A DNA stretch of 62,949 nt, from contig CAJUJI010000001.1 of the NCBI GenBank assembly GCA_910586875.1, positions 1-62,949 of the forward strand, read 5' to 3'. A model generated the notes under the pieces. The model was not told the DNA's origin, searched no databases, and was given only the letters and a program-made list of their open reading frames with translations. The translations under genes were made by a program, and so were the position numbers. Positions 28,478-38,230 of this stretch are shown here, in pieces. The first letter of the stretch is position 1. Every line of letters starts with the position of its first letter. The DNA is from an uncultured Anaerotruncus sp. (lineage in GTDB: Bacteria > Bacillota > Clostridia > Oscillospirales > Ruminococcaceae).

Positions 28478-31400
28478 CTATCCTTTCACACCAGTACCAG
28501 GATTGATCTTCCTGCTGTCTCCAACGGTGTTTAGGAACTCATCCTCCCCTACAAATGAACCGTCCTCCCGCAGCTCGGAGCCGATAATCCGGTGCCGTAG
28601 CGTCGCGATATAGGTAGAAAGGTGATCAATCTGTACGGTGAAGGTCCCTTGCGAATTGGTGCGCAGCTTGCCGTAATAGTCGATCCGCTCACGCTCCTCA
28701 TTGTGGTAATGCCAATACATGGTGTCGTTGCGGTAACGCCCGCCTAAGCTCAGATGCAGGGTGGCAGGAGCCGGCAGCGAACCATGCCCTTCAAAATAGA
28801 CCATAACCATCCGGTTTTTCAGGTCACTATTGCCGCTGCTCTTGTTCACAAGTTTCATAATATCATCTTTTTTCGGAGATGTAAAGGACATTCTAAAGTC
28901 AAACACTTCCTTTTGTGGCACAATTCGCTTAATGTCCTCCGCCTTCATTTCAATCGAGTAGTCGTTCCCCTGGAAGATGATGGTTTTTTCCGGGTAGTTG
29001 CGCAGCTCATTGAAAACGCTTGCTCCAACGCGTGGATACTCGTCAATCATGACGGTGATGATATCACCATAGCTCTCGTAATCGATATCCTCCGACTCCA
29101 ACTGCTCAAGCGTGAGCATGTTGTCCTCCTCGTTGCGGTACACTGTGACATTATATTCTTTTGTCACCTTTCCGTCACTAGAGGTTACCTCTACTGTAAA
29201 GGTGTTCTCTCCGTCCTGAATTGCTGCGGCATATTTTCCCTTTTTATCCCCAATTTCCCTGGTGCCGGCAAACACCTTAAAGGTTGCTAACTTCTCATCC
29301 GTTTTGGGGATGATTTCCACCGAATAGGTATCTTCTGTCACCGCTACAATATAGTCGGTCACCGACGGCTGGAACTTAGGCTCCATCACGCCATAGTTAA
29401 CCTTGAGGCTCTTCAAATCCGCATTGTCATTTTTCTCAATCAGATTTTCATTGCGGAAGGTCACGCTATAGGTGTTCGTAGTCACCCCATCCTGTGCGGT
29501 TACAACGATATCAATGGTGGTTTCAATGTCGATCAGCTCGATCAGCTCGGAGGCCGAACCGCTCGCGACCGCCTGGCCATTGACCATAATGGTAGCCTTC
29601 TCGTGGTTGGCAGTGGGTGTAATCACAACTCCATTCGAGCCTTCCGGAACGACCGCCGAGTACTTGAAGGTCTTCGAGATGAACAGCGGCGATAATCCAT
29701 CCTCTGTGATGCCGGTAACCACCAGCTTTTTCAGCAGCGCATCATCGCTGGGCGCCTCACGTGTAATATTGACCGTGTAGTCCATCGAATGTCCTGCATT
29801 GCCAAGCTCTTTGACATCCTCTGCGTCCACATGGATGACAAAGGTATTGCGTCCGCCGTTGCTCTGCGAATAATCCAAATCGTACAGCCGCGAGGTCTCA
29901 CCGCTGGCAATTTTACTGGGCAGCGAACCGAATCCTTCCTTGCGAATGGTGATGGCCGCCCCTTCCTGACTTGCAGTCGGCGTAAAGCTCACCTTTTCGG
30001 TCTCATATGGCACGCTGATATTGTAAACCTGCTCGTTCTTGGTAAAATTAAACGTCTTAATCGGCGCGTTATCCTGGTCGTTCACCTTTAGGTCGCTCAA
30101 GCTTGCGTCGGTGCTGGGCGGCTCGCGCTCCACCGAAACGGTGTAAACGGTCAACCAGTCGATTTCATCCAGCGCGCTCGGATTCTCCCAGCGCTCGGCC
30201 GCCGCCAAAATTTCATCGTCGCTCATCCCATAGCCATGCTCCGAAACCACAATAATTTTAATCGGGTCATTCGGGTAGGTGGTTGTCATGTACTCAATCG
30301 GGATAAACTTCGTGCTCATCGAGCCATCTAACGGCAGATTGATCGTTTTCGGACGGCCGCTGCGCTGACCATACACCGCCATAATCCGGCTGATGGTATC
30401 GTCTTTGGGCTTCATCGCCGCCTTTACCTTATCCACGTTATACTTTACACGCATTGTGTAGGTTGTAACGCTATCTTTAAACGCTGGGGTATAGGTCAAC
30501 TTTCCCTCATCCGCATCCTGGAACTCCAGGCTGCTCGCACCGGACTCCTTGCTCGGGTCCGCACGCTTGATTTTGATGGTGTAAACCTTATCCGCACCTG
30601 CCAGCGGATTCTCTGAAGACGCCTCAGAGGTCACCTGTACCTTTAGTGTATACAGGCCGTCCGCATCCGGTTCCATGCTGCTCATCTGGATATATTCCTT
30701 TGCGCCCAGCATGGTGCGATTGGTTAGTTTCGGGTCGGTTTCCACCTTGGCGTTCGGGTCACTCAGCTGTGGCAGAATATGCAGCCAGTCGGTCTTGTAT
30801 GGCACCTCTACCGTGTAATCTGTCTTGATGGGATCAAACGCCGGATTAAAGCCCTTGCTGTAATCGTTCGTCAGCTCGGAATCGTCCCCGTCATAAATGT
30901 TAATCGCCGTCAAATCTGCATCGGTGCTGGGTGCCTTACGGGTAATTTGCAGCTCATAAATAAGCTGTATATTCGGGTTTTGCGCGGTGGTGCGTATTTC
31001 AATGATCATCGGTGTGTCAGTTTGCAGCTTGATGTCCGAGGACCAGCTGCCCAACCGCAGCATCCCGCCGATAATCTCCCATTCAGGGTTCGGATCGCCG
31101 TTGCCGATCACCCACTGCTGCGCACCGGTGGTATCGCGATAATGGACGCGGTATTCAATATTCCGGTTCGCCTTCGGGTCGTTCAAATCGGGGTCAAACC
31201 GAATCGAGGAGACCGAGAACGGAACGGTAAACTCATATTTGATCTTGCTGGAATCGGCCGGCACAAAGCCATAATCATGCTTTAGGCCGGTGTTGTCCTG
31301 CACATCCAGCACATTCAGCGTCGCATCGTCACTAGGAGAAGTATCTGTAATATCCAACGTTACTTCTTTCTGATAAAGCGGATTCTCCACAAAGCCAGTT

Positions 31401-33193
31401 GGCCCTTCAACAAAGAACCGGAAGGTTAGCTTTGCAGAACCCGCAGCCTTCGCGTGTATTTGCAGCTTGACATCACCTTGTAGCGGCTGCTGTTTCGGAT
31501 TTGTGAGGTCGCTTCCCGCAGTATAAGGCATTCCGTCCGCAAACATCTCTACCAAATCCGGATTGTCAACATCTACAATCACCTTTTCTGCCCAGCCGTT
31601 GCCACCGCCCATGAAAATATTCAAATCATAGCGATATGGAATTGTTGGATTGGTATAGTTCGGCACACCGCCCTGGAATACATCCATTTTTTTAGGCAGC
31701 CGCGGTAACTCTCCCTCCAAAGGCTTTTTATCCTTCTCGTCTCCTGTGCCTTCGGTATAAATCCACTCGGCCTCCTGGGTCACTGCTGGCGGCTGACCGG
31801 TACCATGAATTGTCACTGGGATATACTGGTCATAGGTTCCGTCAACCTTTCCCCCTTTATCCTTGTGCGTAACCGTAACCTTCAAAAAGCCGTGGATATC
31901 GTCTTCCTCCCGGTTGACGATGGTATCCAGCCAATCCTTGTTATTTTTTATCACCAGGATATGTGCTTCATCCGGCTTTTGTCCGCCCTCGATTGCCGCT
32001 ATAATCTCATCTACCGTTGTATCCTCGGTCGGGCTACTATAAAATTCCCAACCCAATTCAAAATTGGTATTATATTGATAAACAGAACTTTTTAGCTGGA
32101 AGCTCTCTGTAATAAAGTCCTTGTTGTCATCCCCCTTGAAGCGGATATAATCCTGATTCCCCTGAGGGCCGTTGTTTGCATCCGTCAAAACCATGCCACT
32201 GATAACCCGCGCCGCAGCCTCCGGACGCATAACCGTCAGCAACAGTGAGTTGGAAACCGGCAACGGCAATGTAATTGTAATTTCCTCATCAATTTGAATG
32301 ACATCATTTGGTGTCACCGGAAGCTGTATATCTTTTGAAGTATCAGTTGGATCTTTCTTACTGATACTAGGGCCCCATACCGAACCATCCTTATTTAAGT
32401 AATTTTTACCATCTGGCTCTTTATAATATTTATAGCCCGGCGAAGGGGTAAAAATAAAGGTACGTTTTGGAATTTCAGTTGAGCCTCCAGTGGCTCCCTT
32501 TTTGGGGGTCAATTCTATTTCAATTTGCTTTCCATCCAAAGATCGTTTTGCTGCAACATCAGCGCCTTTATATCCTGCTAGGCCATCTGTCGCATCAGAT
32601 ACTGTAAATTGTAACGACCCACCTGGTATTCCTACGCCCTCATCCGGAACAAACGATTCTCCTGCTAGACACTTCAATATTAGAGTACCAGTTTGCATAA
32701 TATCCTTTGGGGTTGTCGTAGTTTCAATAGAAGTAAGTGTGCTTCCATCAATCTTCTCCTGCAAATAACCATTACCCTTTTGGCTATAATAATTTCCAGT
32801 AATCGAAACGGTTACTGGCTGCTGATTACTCGGATCCGCAGTTGGAGCCGGATAAGCCGCGTCAACGGTCAACTGACGGGTTTTGTTGGTTGTATTTTCA
32901 ATGGTAATATCCTTTGCCGTTGGCTGATACCCCGGTTGCTCAGTTGTATCAAAGGTAAAATTATTCTCCGGTCTTGCTGCATAGCCTGTTGCGATATCCA
33001 CCAAAACATCAATATTGCCACCGGACACGACCGTAGCACGCTGCGTATCTTTATCCTCGTCATCCGCTCTTTTTACAAAAGCCAAGGTAGCCGCCTGTTC
33101 CTGGGTTACAATTGCACTTGCCGACAGCCCCGCCATGCAGGATGCCGCTATCATAAAGGATAAGCAAAACGCTGTAATTCTTCTCCGATTCAT
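28478..33193 (-). CDS. large secreted protein with about six cadherin-like beta-sandwich repeats and a terminal NPGTG motif
   Basis: signal peptide ending ASA; repeats start SDDATL, STDADL, SKESGA, STDASL, SDDALL, NDNADL with F.P....Y...V and VTAQDG/Y.V.V.R motifs; ends KINPGTGVKG. Confidence 0.85.
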   Translation of the reverse strand: MNRRRITAFCLSFMIAASCMAGLSASAIVTQEQAATLAFVKRADDEDKDTQRATVVSGGNIDVLVDIATGYAARPENNFTFDTTEQPGYQPTAKDITIENTTNKTRQLTVDAAYPAPTADPSNQQPVTVSITGNYYSQKGNGYLQEKIDGSTLTSIETTTTPKDIMQTGTLILKCLAGESFVPDEGVGIPGGSLQFTVSDATDGLAGYKGADVAAKRSLDGKQIEIELTPKKGATGGSTEIPKRTFIFTPSPGYKYYKEPDGKNYLNKDGSVWGPSISKKDPTDTSKDIQLPVTPNDVIQIDEEITITLPLPVSNSLLLTVMRPEAAARVISGMVLTDANNGPQGNQDYIRFKGDDNKDFITESFQLKSSVYQYNTNFELGWEFYSSPTEDTTVDEIIAAIEGGQKPDEAHILVIKNNKDWLDTIVNREEDDIHGFLKVTVTHKDKGGKVDGTYDQYIPVTIHGTGQPPAVTQEAEWIYTEGTGDEKDKKPLEGELPRLPKKMDVFQGGVPNYTNPTIPYRYDLNIFMGGGNGWAEKVIVDVDNPDLVEMFADGMPYTAGSDLTNPKQQPLQGDVKLQIHAKAAGSAKLTFRFFVEGPTGFVENPLYQKEVTLDITDTSPSDDATLNVLDVQDNTGLKHDYGFVPADSSKIKYEFTVPFSVSSIRFDPDLNDPKANRNIEYRVHYRDTTGAQQWVIGNGDPNPEWEIIGGMLRLGSWSSDIKLQTDTPMIIEIRTTAQNPNIQLIYELQITRKAPSTDADLTAINIYDGDDSELTNDYSKGFNPAFDPIKTDYTVEVPYKTDWLHILPQLSDPNAKVETDPKLTNRTMLGAKEYIQMSSMEPDADGLYTLKVQVTSEASSENPLAGADKVYTIKIKRADPSKESGASSLEFQDADEGKLTYTPAFKDSVTTYTMRVKYNVDKVKAAMKPKDDTISRIMAVYGQRSGRPKTINLPLDGSMSTKFIPIEYMTTTYPNDPIKIIVVSEHGYGMSDDEILAAAERWENPSALDEIDWLTVYTVSVEREPPSTDASLSDLKVNDQDNAPIKTFNFTKNEQVYNISVPYETEKVSFTPTASQEGAAITIRKEGFGSLPSKIASGETSRLYDLDYSQSNGGRNTFVIHVDAEDVKELGNAGHSMDYTVNITREAPSDDALLKKLVVTGITEDGLSPLFISKTFKYSAVVPEGSNGVVITPTANHEKATIMVNGQAVASGSASELIELIDIETTIDIVVTAQDGVTTNTYSVTFRNENLIEKNDNADLKSLKVNYGVMEPKFQPSVTDYIVAVTEDTYSVEIIPKTDEKLATFKVFAGTREIGDKKGKYAAAIQDGENTFTVEVTSSDGKVTKEYNVTVYRNEEDNMLTLEQLESEDIDYESYGDIITVMIDEYPRVGASVFNELRNYPEKTIIFQGNDYSIEMKAEDIKRIVPQKEVFDFRMSFTSPKKDDIMKLVNKSSGNSDLKNRMVMVYFEGHGSLPAPATLHLSLGGRYRNDTMYWHYHNEERERIDYYGKLRTNSQGTFTVQIDHLSTYIATLRHRIIGSELREDGSFVGEDEFLNTVGDSRKINPGTGVKG

Positions 33194-33259
33194 AATCTAC
33201 CTCACAAAATCCCTATAAAATAACAGGGGCAATAAAATGATATACCCTTACATTTTAGG

Positions 33260-33286
33260 TGTTCGGCACGCACACATAAAACCAAA
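33260..33286 (-). promoter_or_regulatory. putative sigma28 promoter (surface protein-srtB-flgBC)
   Basis: TTTGGTTT-N11-GCCGAACA. Confidence 0.6.
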
Positions 33287-33311
33287 CCGCACCGCTCATA
33301 AAAATTGCGCG

Positions 33312-33346
33312 AAAACGGCCCTGCGGACATGCCGCAGAGCCATTTT
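33312..33346 (-). terminator. probable terminator after fliS
   Basis: GGCTCTGCGG-CATGT-CCGCAGGGCC followed by GTTTT on the minus strand. Confidence 0.55.
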
Positions 33347-33382
33347 TCACATGTAGTCCACTCCAGGGACTCCCTTTTCTGC

Positions 33383-33769
33383 TTACTGGCTGCGGGCGTT
33401 GCGGTCAGCCTGAATAAATGCGTCCCGCAACTCCTCTACCATTGGGATGATAACCTCCAACTGGGAGGCCTGCTTTTTCATATTTGCCTGGATTGTCTGT
33501 TCGATAAAGTAATCATATAAGGAGTTCAAATCCGCTGAAACTTTATACTTAAAATCCAAAGTTGCCTTTAGATACCGCAAAATCTGCTGCGACTTTTGCA
33601 GCGCGCGGTTGGTGCCTGCATAATCCTTTTCCCCGATGAATAACACTGCCGCGCTCATTTGCTTGATGGTTTCGTCATACAGCTTAATCAGCATTTCGCC
33701 TTTGGTCATGGTCATGACCGACTGCTGTTGATATTTTTGGTACGGATTTACCGCCACAGATTCCTTCAC
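33383..33769 (-). CDS. fliS: flagellin chaperone FliS
   Basis: NPYQKYQQQSVMTMT, LIKLYD, LNSLYDY, ELRDAF; true start may be GTG 33757. Confidence 0.93.
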   Translation of the reverse strand: MKESVAVNPYQKYQQQSVMTMTKGEMLIKLYDETIKQMSAAVLFIGEKDYAGTNRALQKSQQILRYLKATLDFKYKVSADLNSLYDYFIEQTIQANMKKQASQLEVIIPMVEELRDAFIQADRNARSQ

Positions 33770-33787
33770 CTCATTTTTTTAAAGCAA

Positions 33788-36064
33788 TCAATACCCGAAC
33801 TGCTGCGACAACCACGAGCTCTGTGAACTCATCTGCGAGATCATCTTTTCCATCGCATTGAACTTATTCCAGTAACGGGTCTTTTCCAGCTCATAGTTGT
33901 TTTTGAGTGTCTTAATCTTGTCATCAATCTCTTTGAGGCGTTTGTACAAATCGCTGCTGGCCTCGGTTGCACTGCCCTTCATACCCGCAATCTGCACCAA
34001 GCTACCGGTATTTGCGCTGCTGGTGCTGGCTGTCTGGGTCAGAATCTTATCCAGCTTAACGCCCAAACCATCCTCTGAATCGGTGAACAGCTTTGCAACA
34101 TCCTCGGCGTTGCTCTCGATCATGCTGCGCAGCTTCGCCTCGTCGATGACCAGCTTGCCCTTCTGCTCCCACTCTCCGGTTTCGATTCCCAGATTGTACA
34201 GCGCATAGGTCGCGCCTGCGGGTTTCTGATACATCGTGCTACGCATCGACTGCAAGAAGGTGGAAAGCTCGTTATCGTTGCGCAGCAGGCCCTGTTTTGC
34301 CTTCTCCTCCCACGCGGTGATTTCCTTCTCGGTCATTTCCTTCTTTTGCGCATCGGTCAGCGGCGCATACTCACGATAGTTGGTCTCCTCCGAAATCAGC
34401 CCATTGAGCTTGTCGAGGATCTCATTATAGTCCTTCACAAACGACTTGATACCCTCTACAATCTGGTCTGTGTTGCGGGTCACACCGATGTTCTCCACAC
34501 CGCTGGTCTGCGCCTTCAGTCCAATCGTCAGGCCGTCATATTCAATCGTGTTGCTAGTGCGCTCGATTTCCTCGCCGTTAATAATCGCTATCGAGTTCTT
34601 GCCCTCAGAAAAGTCTCCGATACGGCCGCTTCCATCCTGTGCTGTGCCAAACATCTTGCTGAGCAGGTTCCCGCTGCTATCAGACATCTCAATATCAAAG
34701 CCGCTACCGGTGTTGTTCGAGGTGAGCACAAACTTATCGCTGTTTGGCTGATATGCCATTGTAACGCCCGCTTTGCTAGCGTTGACCTTACGAATCATAT
34801 CACCGACGGTCATATCCTTATTGATGGTAATCTGAACGCCATTGATGGAGAAGCTCGCGTTTCCGTCTGCATCCCAGCCAGCATCGCCAAAATACATATC
34901 CAGCGAACCACCCAGCTCCACGCGGTTACTCTGTCCGTTGACAACGCCCAGCTCCTTCTGCAAGGCTTCATTGTTACCGGTAATCATCACCAGGGTGCTA
35001 TCAGACTTTCCTTGCAGCTCAAAGGTAAACTTCCCGGTTGCGGACGGATTTGCCTGAATATTGGTCATCTGTACCGCATCACCGAACGCGCTTTTCAGCG
35101 ACTTATTAAACGCCTCGCCAAATTTTGTAGGATCAATTTCGCCGCTGCCATCGTCCTTGAGAATCTGGTTCATATCCACCTGAATCGATTTCTGGGTCGA
35201 TTTATTCAGCGTCACCTCAACCGTATAATAGCTGCCCGTATCGACCGCCGCGCCACCGGTGAGCTTGCTGCCTCTCTTAGCTGGGGTGTCACCCTGCGCA
35301 GGAGTGATGGTGTAGGTGGACGAGCTCGAACCAGAGGTCAATCCCAAAATTTGCAGACCTGCTGTGCTAGAATTTGCGCCAACTGTGATGGAAACATCAT
35401 CGCTCTCGGTAGTAATTTCAATCTCGTTGTCCTTATTGAGTACCGCCTTCGCTCCGGAGCCATCCAATGCGGTGTTCAAATGGTCAACAATCTCCTGCTG
35501 AGACGGTGGTGGTGTTTTCAGCTCTCCATTGTCTACAAACAGATCCTTGAAATCAACATCAATCTGTTTATTACCGACCACAAGAGAAACCGTTCTGTCC
35601 TGATTGACGGCATTCTCCTTGATTGCCTCCAAATCCAGCTCACCGCTGAGCGTACCGCTTACCTTGTTCGCAGAGGCAACCTTTGCGGCACTTGCAAGCT
35701 GTTTGACCTCGATCGAGGTGTTGCCCACCGACGCGGAGCTGGACGCTACCACACTAAACGCATTGGAGGACGCAACCGCACTCATCGCCTTAAAGAACGA
35801 ATCGCTTAAAAAGTTCGTGCTAGAGCCGCTGCCAAAATATTTTGATTGAAAGTTGTTCAGCTGGGTAATAATCTCTCTGTAAATCTCCTGCTTCCAGACG
35901 GTCTGCTGGCGCAGTTGGTTCTGCTTATCAATTTTCGATTGGGTTCCGGAAAGCAACGCCTCTACCATCGCTTCTGTGTCCATACCAGAAGCCATACCTG
36001 AAAAGCCCTTGTTGCTGCTCGGATTATTTACATAAGAGCTGCTCGAGCTGGAGCTTATATTCAT
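33788..36064 (-). CDS. fliD: filament cap protein FliD
   Basis: SGMASGMDTEAMV, VKQLASAA, FVKDYN, KGKLVIDEAKL, RYWNKFNAME. Confidence 0.94.
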   Translation of the reverse strand: MNISSSSSSSYVNNPSSNKGFSGMASGMDTEAMVEALLSGTQSKIDKQNQLRQQTVWKQEIYREIITQLNNFQSKYFGSGSSTNFLSDSFFKAMSAVASSNAFSVVASSSASVGNTSIEVKQLASAAKVASANKVSGTLSGELDLEAIKENAVNQDRTVSLVVGNKQIDVDFKDLFVDNGELKTPPPSQQEIVDHLNTALDGSGAKAVLNKDNEIEITTESDDVSITVGANSSTAGLQILGLTSGSSSSTYTITPAQGDTPAKRGSKLTGGAAVDTGSYYTVEVTLNKSTQKSIQVDMNQILKDDGSGEIDPTKFGEAFNKSLKSAFGDAVQMTNIQANPSATGKFTFELQGKSDSTLVMITGNNEALQKELGVVNGQSNRVELGGSLDMYFGDAGWDADGNASFSINGVQITINKDMTVGDMIRKVNASKAGVTMAYQPNSDKFVLTSNNTGSGFDIEMSDSSGNLLSKMFGTAQDGSGRIGDFSEGKNSIAIINGEEIERTSNTIEYDGLTIGLKAQTSGVENIGVTRNTDQIVEGIKSFVKDYNEILDKLNGLISEETNYREYAPLTDAQKKEMTEKEITAWEEKAKQGLLRNDNELSTFLQSMRSTMYQKPAGATYALYNLGIETGEWEQKGKLVIDEAKLRSMIESNAEDVAKLFTDSEDGLGVKLDKILTQTASTSSANTGSLVQIAGMKGSATEASSDLYKRLKEIDDKIKTLKNNYELEKTRYWNKFNAMEKMISQMSSQSSWLSQQFGY

Positions 36065-36104
36065 ATAAAAAACCTCCTATACGTCAAAATGTCTCTATTA
36101 AAAA

Positions 36105-36131
36105 TAATCGTACAATCCTGTTAAAACCAAA
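36105..36131 (-). promoter_or_regulatory. putative sigma28 promoter of fliD-fliS
   Basis: TTTGGTTT-N11-TACGATTA. Confidence 0.6.
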
Positions 36132-36161
36132 GTGGTTTTCCGAAAAAAGCTAGCTCAAAAT

Positions 36162-36641
36162 TTACGCATTGCCAAATTGAAATCCCTGCGGATGCTGTTG
36201 TTGCCCCATTCCCCCGTAATAGCGTGCAGCCTGTGCTCCCTGGCCGCGGTTGGCCGACTTAATCTGCTCCAAAACGCTGTCGCGCTCCTGGCACAGCCGC
36301 ATTTCCAGCTGCTGGTCCAAATCCGGCAGCCGGCTGATCACCGCGCGTATTTCTATCGTCTGGTCAAACACCGCTCGCATCGCTGCCGGCAGCGCGCCGC
36401 GCTCACCGTTGGCCCGCACCGCTTGACGCAGCATCGCACCTTCCTCGCCTGCGTCATCACAGACCGCCTTTACCGCTTCATCCAGCCGGTCAATGGCGTG
36501 AATCAACCGCACTCGTTCGCCCATCTGCTCCTCGAGATTGTCGCTGTCGCAAAAGAGCATTTCGTTGGTAATCTGCTCATATTCTAAAAAACGCTGCTTT
36601 TTCTGCTCCAGCAGCTCTGTCAGTTTCGTTTCGTCCCACAT
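36162..36641 (-). CDS. FlgN/FliT-like helical chaperone
   Basis: LLEQKKQRFLEYEQIT, all-helical, AARYY near the C-terminus; next to fliD. Confidence 0.55.
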   Translation of the reverse strand: MWDETKLTELLEQKKQRFLEYEQITNEMLFCDSDNLEEQMGERVRLIHAIDRLDEAVKAVCDDAGEEGAMLRQAVRANGERGALPAAMRAVFDQTIEIRAVISRLPDLDQQLEMRLCQERDSVLEQIKSANRGQGAQAARYYGGMGQQQHPQGFQFGNA

Positions 36642-36789
36642 AAAAAAACCTGCTTTCCAAATAAAAATCGTCTATTCGCCACTGTACTTTTTTATGTTTT
36701 TATACTATTATAGAGATATGAAAACGATATGGCCGCTAGATGTTTAAACTGTGATCACAAACCCACCCCCAGCAGAGGAGGCTGTTCTT

Positions 36790-37443
36790 TTGAGTTATAG
36801 AAAACCGGCTCCAAAATACCAGGCGGTGCTAAAAACCCCCGACGGTAAAATTTTGGAACGTGGATATGTTTCAATCTTTCCCGAAACGCAAAGCATCGAT
36901 TTTAAGGGCGAATTCGTCCCGCTGTTCAACATGGGAGACCAGGTAAGCATCACACAAATTCAAGACGAGGTTGAGGTCATCCGCTATATTGGCGAGGTCT
37001 ACCTTTCCTCACAGCGGATGCTGCGTCTGGTGCATGTCACAGAGGAGATTCTGCCCGGCGCACATTCTGCATTTTTATACCGCGCCGATCTATTCGGGCG
37101 TCTAACCGCGATCGTAAACGAACCGGAAAAGAAATTTCACCTGTTCGCAAAAAAAGCAACCCCGCACTCCACCGAATTTCCGGTACATCTGCACGCGATC
37201 TCGCTTAAAGGGGTCAAGTTCACCTGCGAGCATAAGCTGGCAAGCGGTCAGCAGCTCTGTTTGAACGTTGACGAGCCCGCGCTCAAGGATATTTTGCTTT
37301 CGGTGGCGCAGGTCATTGATTTGGGACAGGAAAAGCGCGGGTATAAATGCGAGATCAAAAAGATTGATGACGCGTCGCTCTCCAATTTAGACCGGTATAT
37401 CACCTATCTGAGCGCCCAGCCTTCCAGCACGCCCGACGACTAA
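36790..37443 (+). CDS. degenerate PilZ-type (YcgR/MotI-like) protein
   Basis: TTG start after GAGGAGG; AISLKGVKF resembles the PilZ DxSxxG motif; no RxxxR. Confidence 0.55.
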   Translation: MSYRKPAPKYQAVLKTPDGKILERGYVSIFPETQSIDFKGEFVPLFNMGDQVSITQIQDEVEVIRYIGEVYLSSQRMLRLVHVTEEILPGAHSAFLYRADLFGRLTAIVNEPEKKFHLFAKKATPHSTEFPVHLHAISLKGVKFTCEHKLASGQQLCLNVDEPALKDILLSVAQVIDLGQEKRGYKCEIKKIDDASLSNLDRYITYLSAQPSSTPDD

Positions 37444-37499
37444 ACCGCGCACCGCATCTCGCCGGCCAGCAGCGCAGCGGAAGGCTTGTTCCTCTCACA

Positions 37500-37724
37500 T
37501 TACGGTCTCTTATTTAGCAGCGTCTTGAGCGCATCCTTTCCGATGGTGTGCGCCGCCTGCTGATTCTCCTCGATGGTCTGGAACAGCTCTTTGCGCAGCA
37601 CCTTCACCTTATCCGGCGCAGAAATGCCAATCTTCACCTTGTCCCCTAACGTCTCGATGATTTTCAGCTCAATATCATCGCCGATTAGCAGCGACTCCCC
37701 CGACTTCCTTGTTAGTACCAGCAT
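37500..37724 (-). CDS. csrA: carbon storage regulator CsrA
   Basis: MLVLTRKSGESLLIGDDI...VKIGISAP..VLRKEL. Confidence 0.97.
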   Translation of the reverse strand: MLVLTRKSGESLLIGDDIELKIIETLGDKVKIGISAPDKVKVLRKELFQTIEENQQAAHTIGKDALKTLLNKRP

Positions 37725-38159
37725 TTAAAGTGCCCCCTTCCATCGTTGCATCAGCGGATGGCGCACTGGCAGCGGCGCATCTAAAATGATCTGTGCCGCA
37801 CGTTTATTTTCCGGATTGATGACCACCGGACTTTTTAGGTTGATGGTCGAATTTTGCAGCGTATCCTTGAGCACCACCATCAGCCAGCACATATAATTGT
37901 GCTCCTCGCCCAGCTGCTGCTGAACCGCCTGCGGAATCTCCGGGCAATATTGGTCGGTGACCAGCTCCGGATTCGCAAGAATAAAACACAGGTCTGGATT
38001 TTCAAGCGATTGTAGCCAGACAAAATCCTCACTGATGGAATCGTCGGTCAAAAAAACATAACGTGTGTAATTTTCAAAGCCGAAAATCGGGCTTTGAAAG
38101 GTCAAAATATTGCCTTCGTTGATTTCAACTTCCCCGAAATCCCGTGTTTGAATTTTCAT
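37725..38159 (-). CDS. fliW: flagellar assembly factor FliW
   Basis: TRDFGEV, IFGFE, WLQS, TINLKSPVVIN; adjacent to csrA. Confidence 0.95.
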   Translation of the reverse strand: MKIQTRDFGEVEINEGNILTFQSPIFGFENYTRYVFLTDDSISEDFVWLQSLENPDLCFILANPELVTDQYCPEIPQAVQQQLGEEHNYMCWLMVVLKDTLQNSTINLKSPVVINPENKRAAQIILDAPLPVRHPLMQRWKGAL

Positions 38160-38186
38160 GATGATCCCCCATTAGGTATGATAGAA

Positions 38187-38216
38187 AAACAAGCAGCCGA
38201 AAAGGGCTGCTTGTTT
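38187..38216. terminator. hairpin between the yviE-like gene and fliW
   Basis: AAACAAGCAGCC-GAAAAG-GGCTGCTTGTTT; T-tract on the minus strand. Confidence 0.6.
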
Positions 38217-38230
38217 GGTTGTGAAACGGG

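Noticed and set aside
28475-28480. Pyrrolysine decoding of the TAG between the surface protein and the sortase
   Set aside because: No pyl genes in the window, and TAG is used as an ordinary stop in several other genes here.
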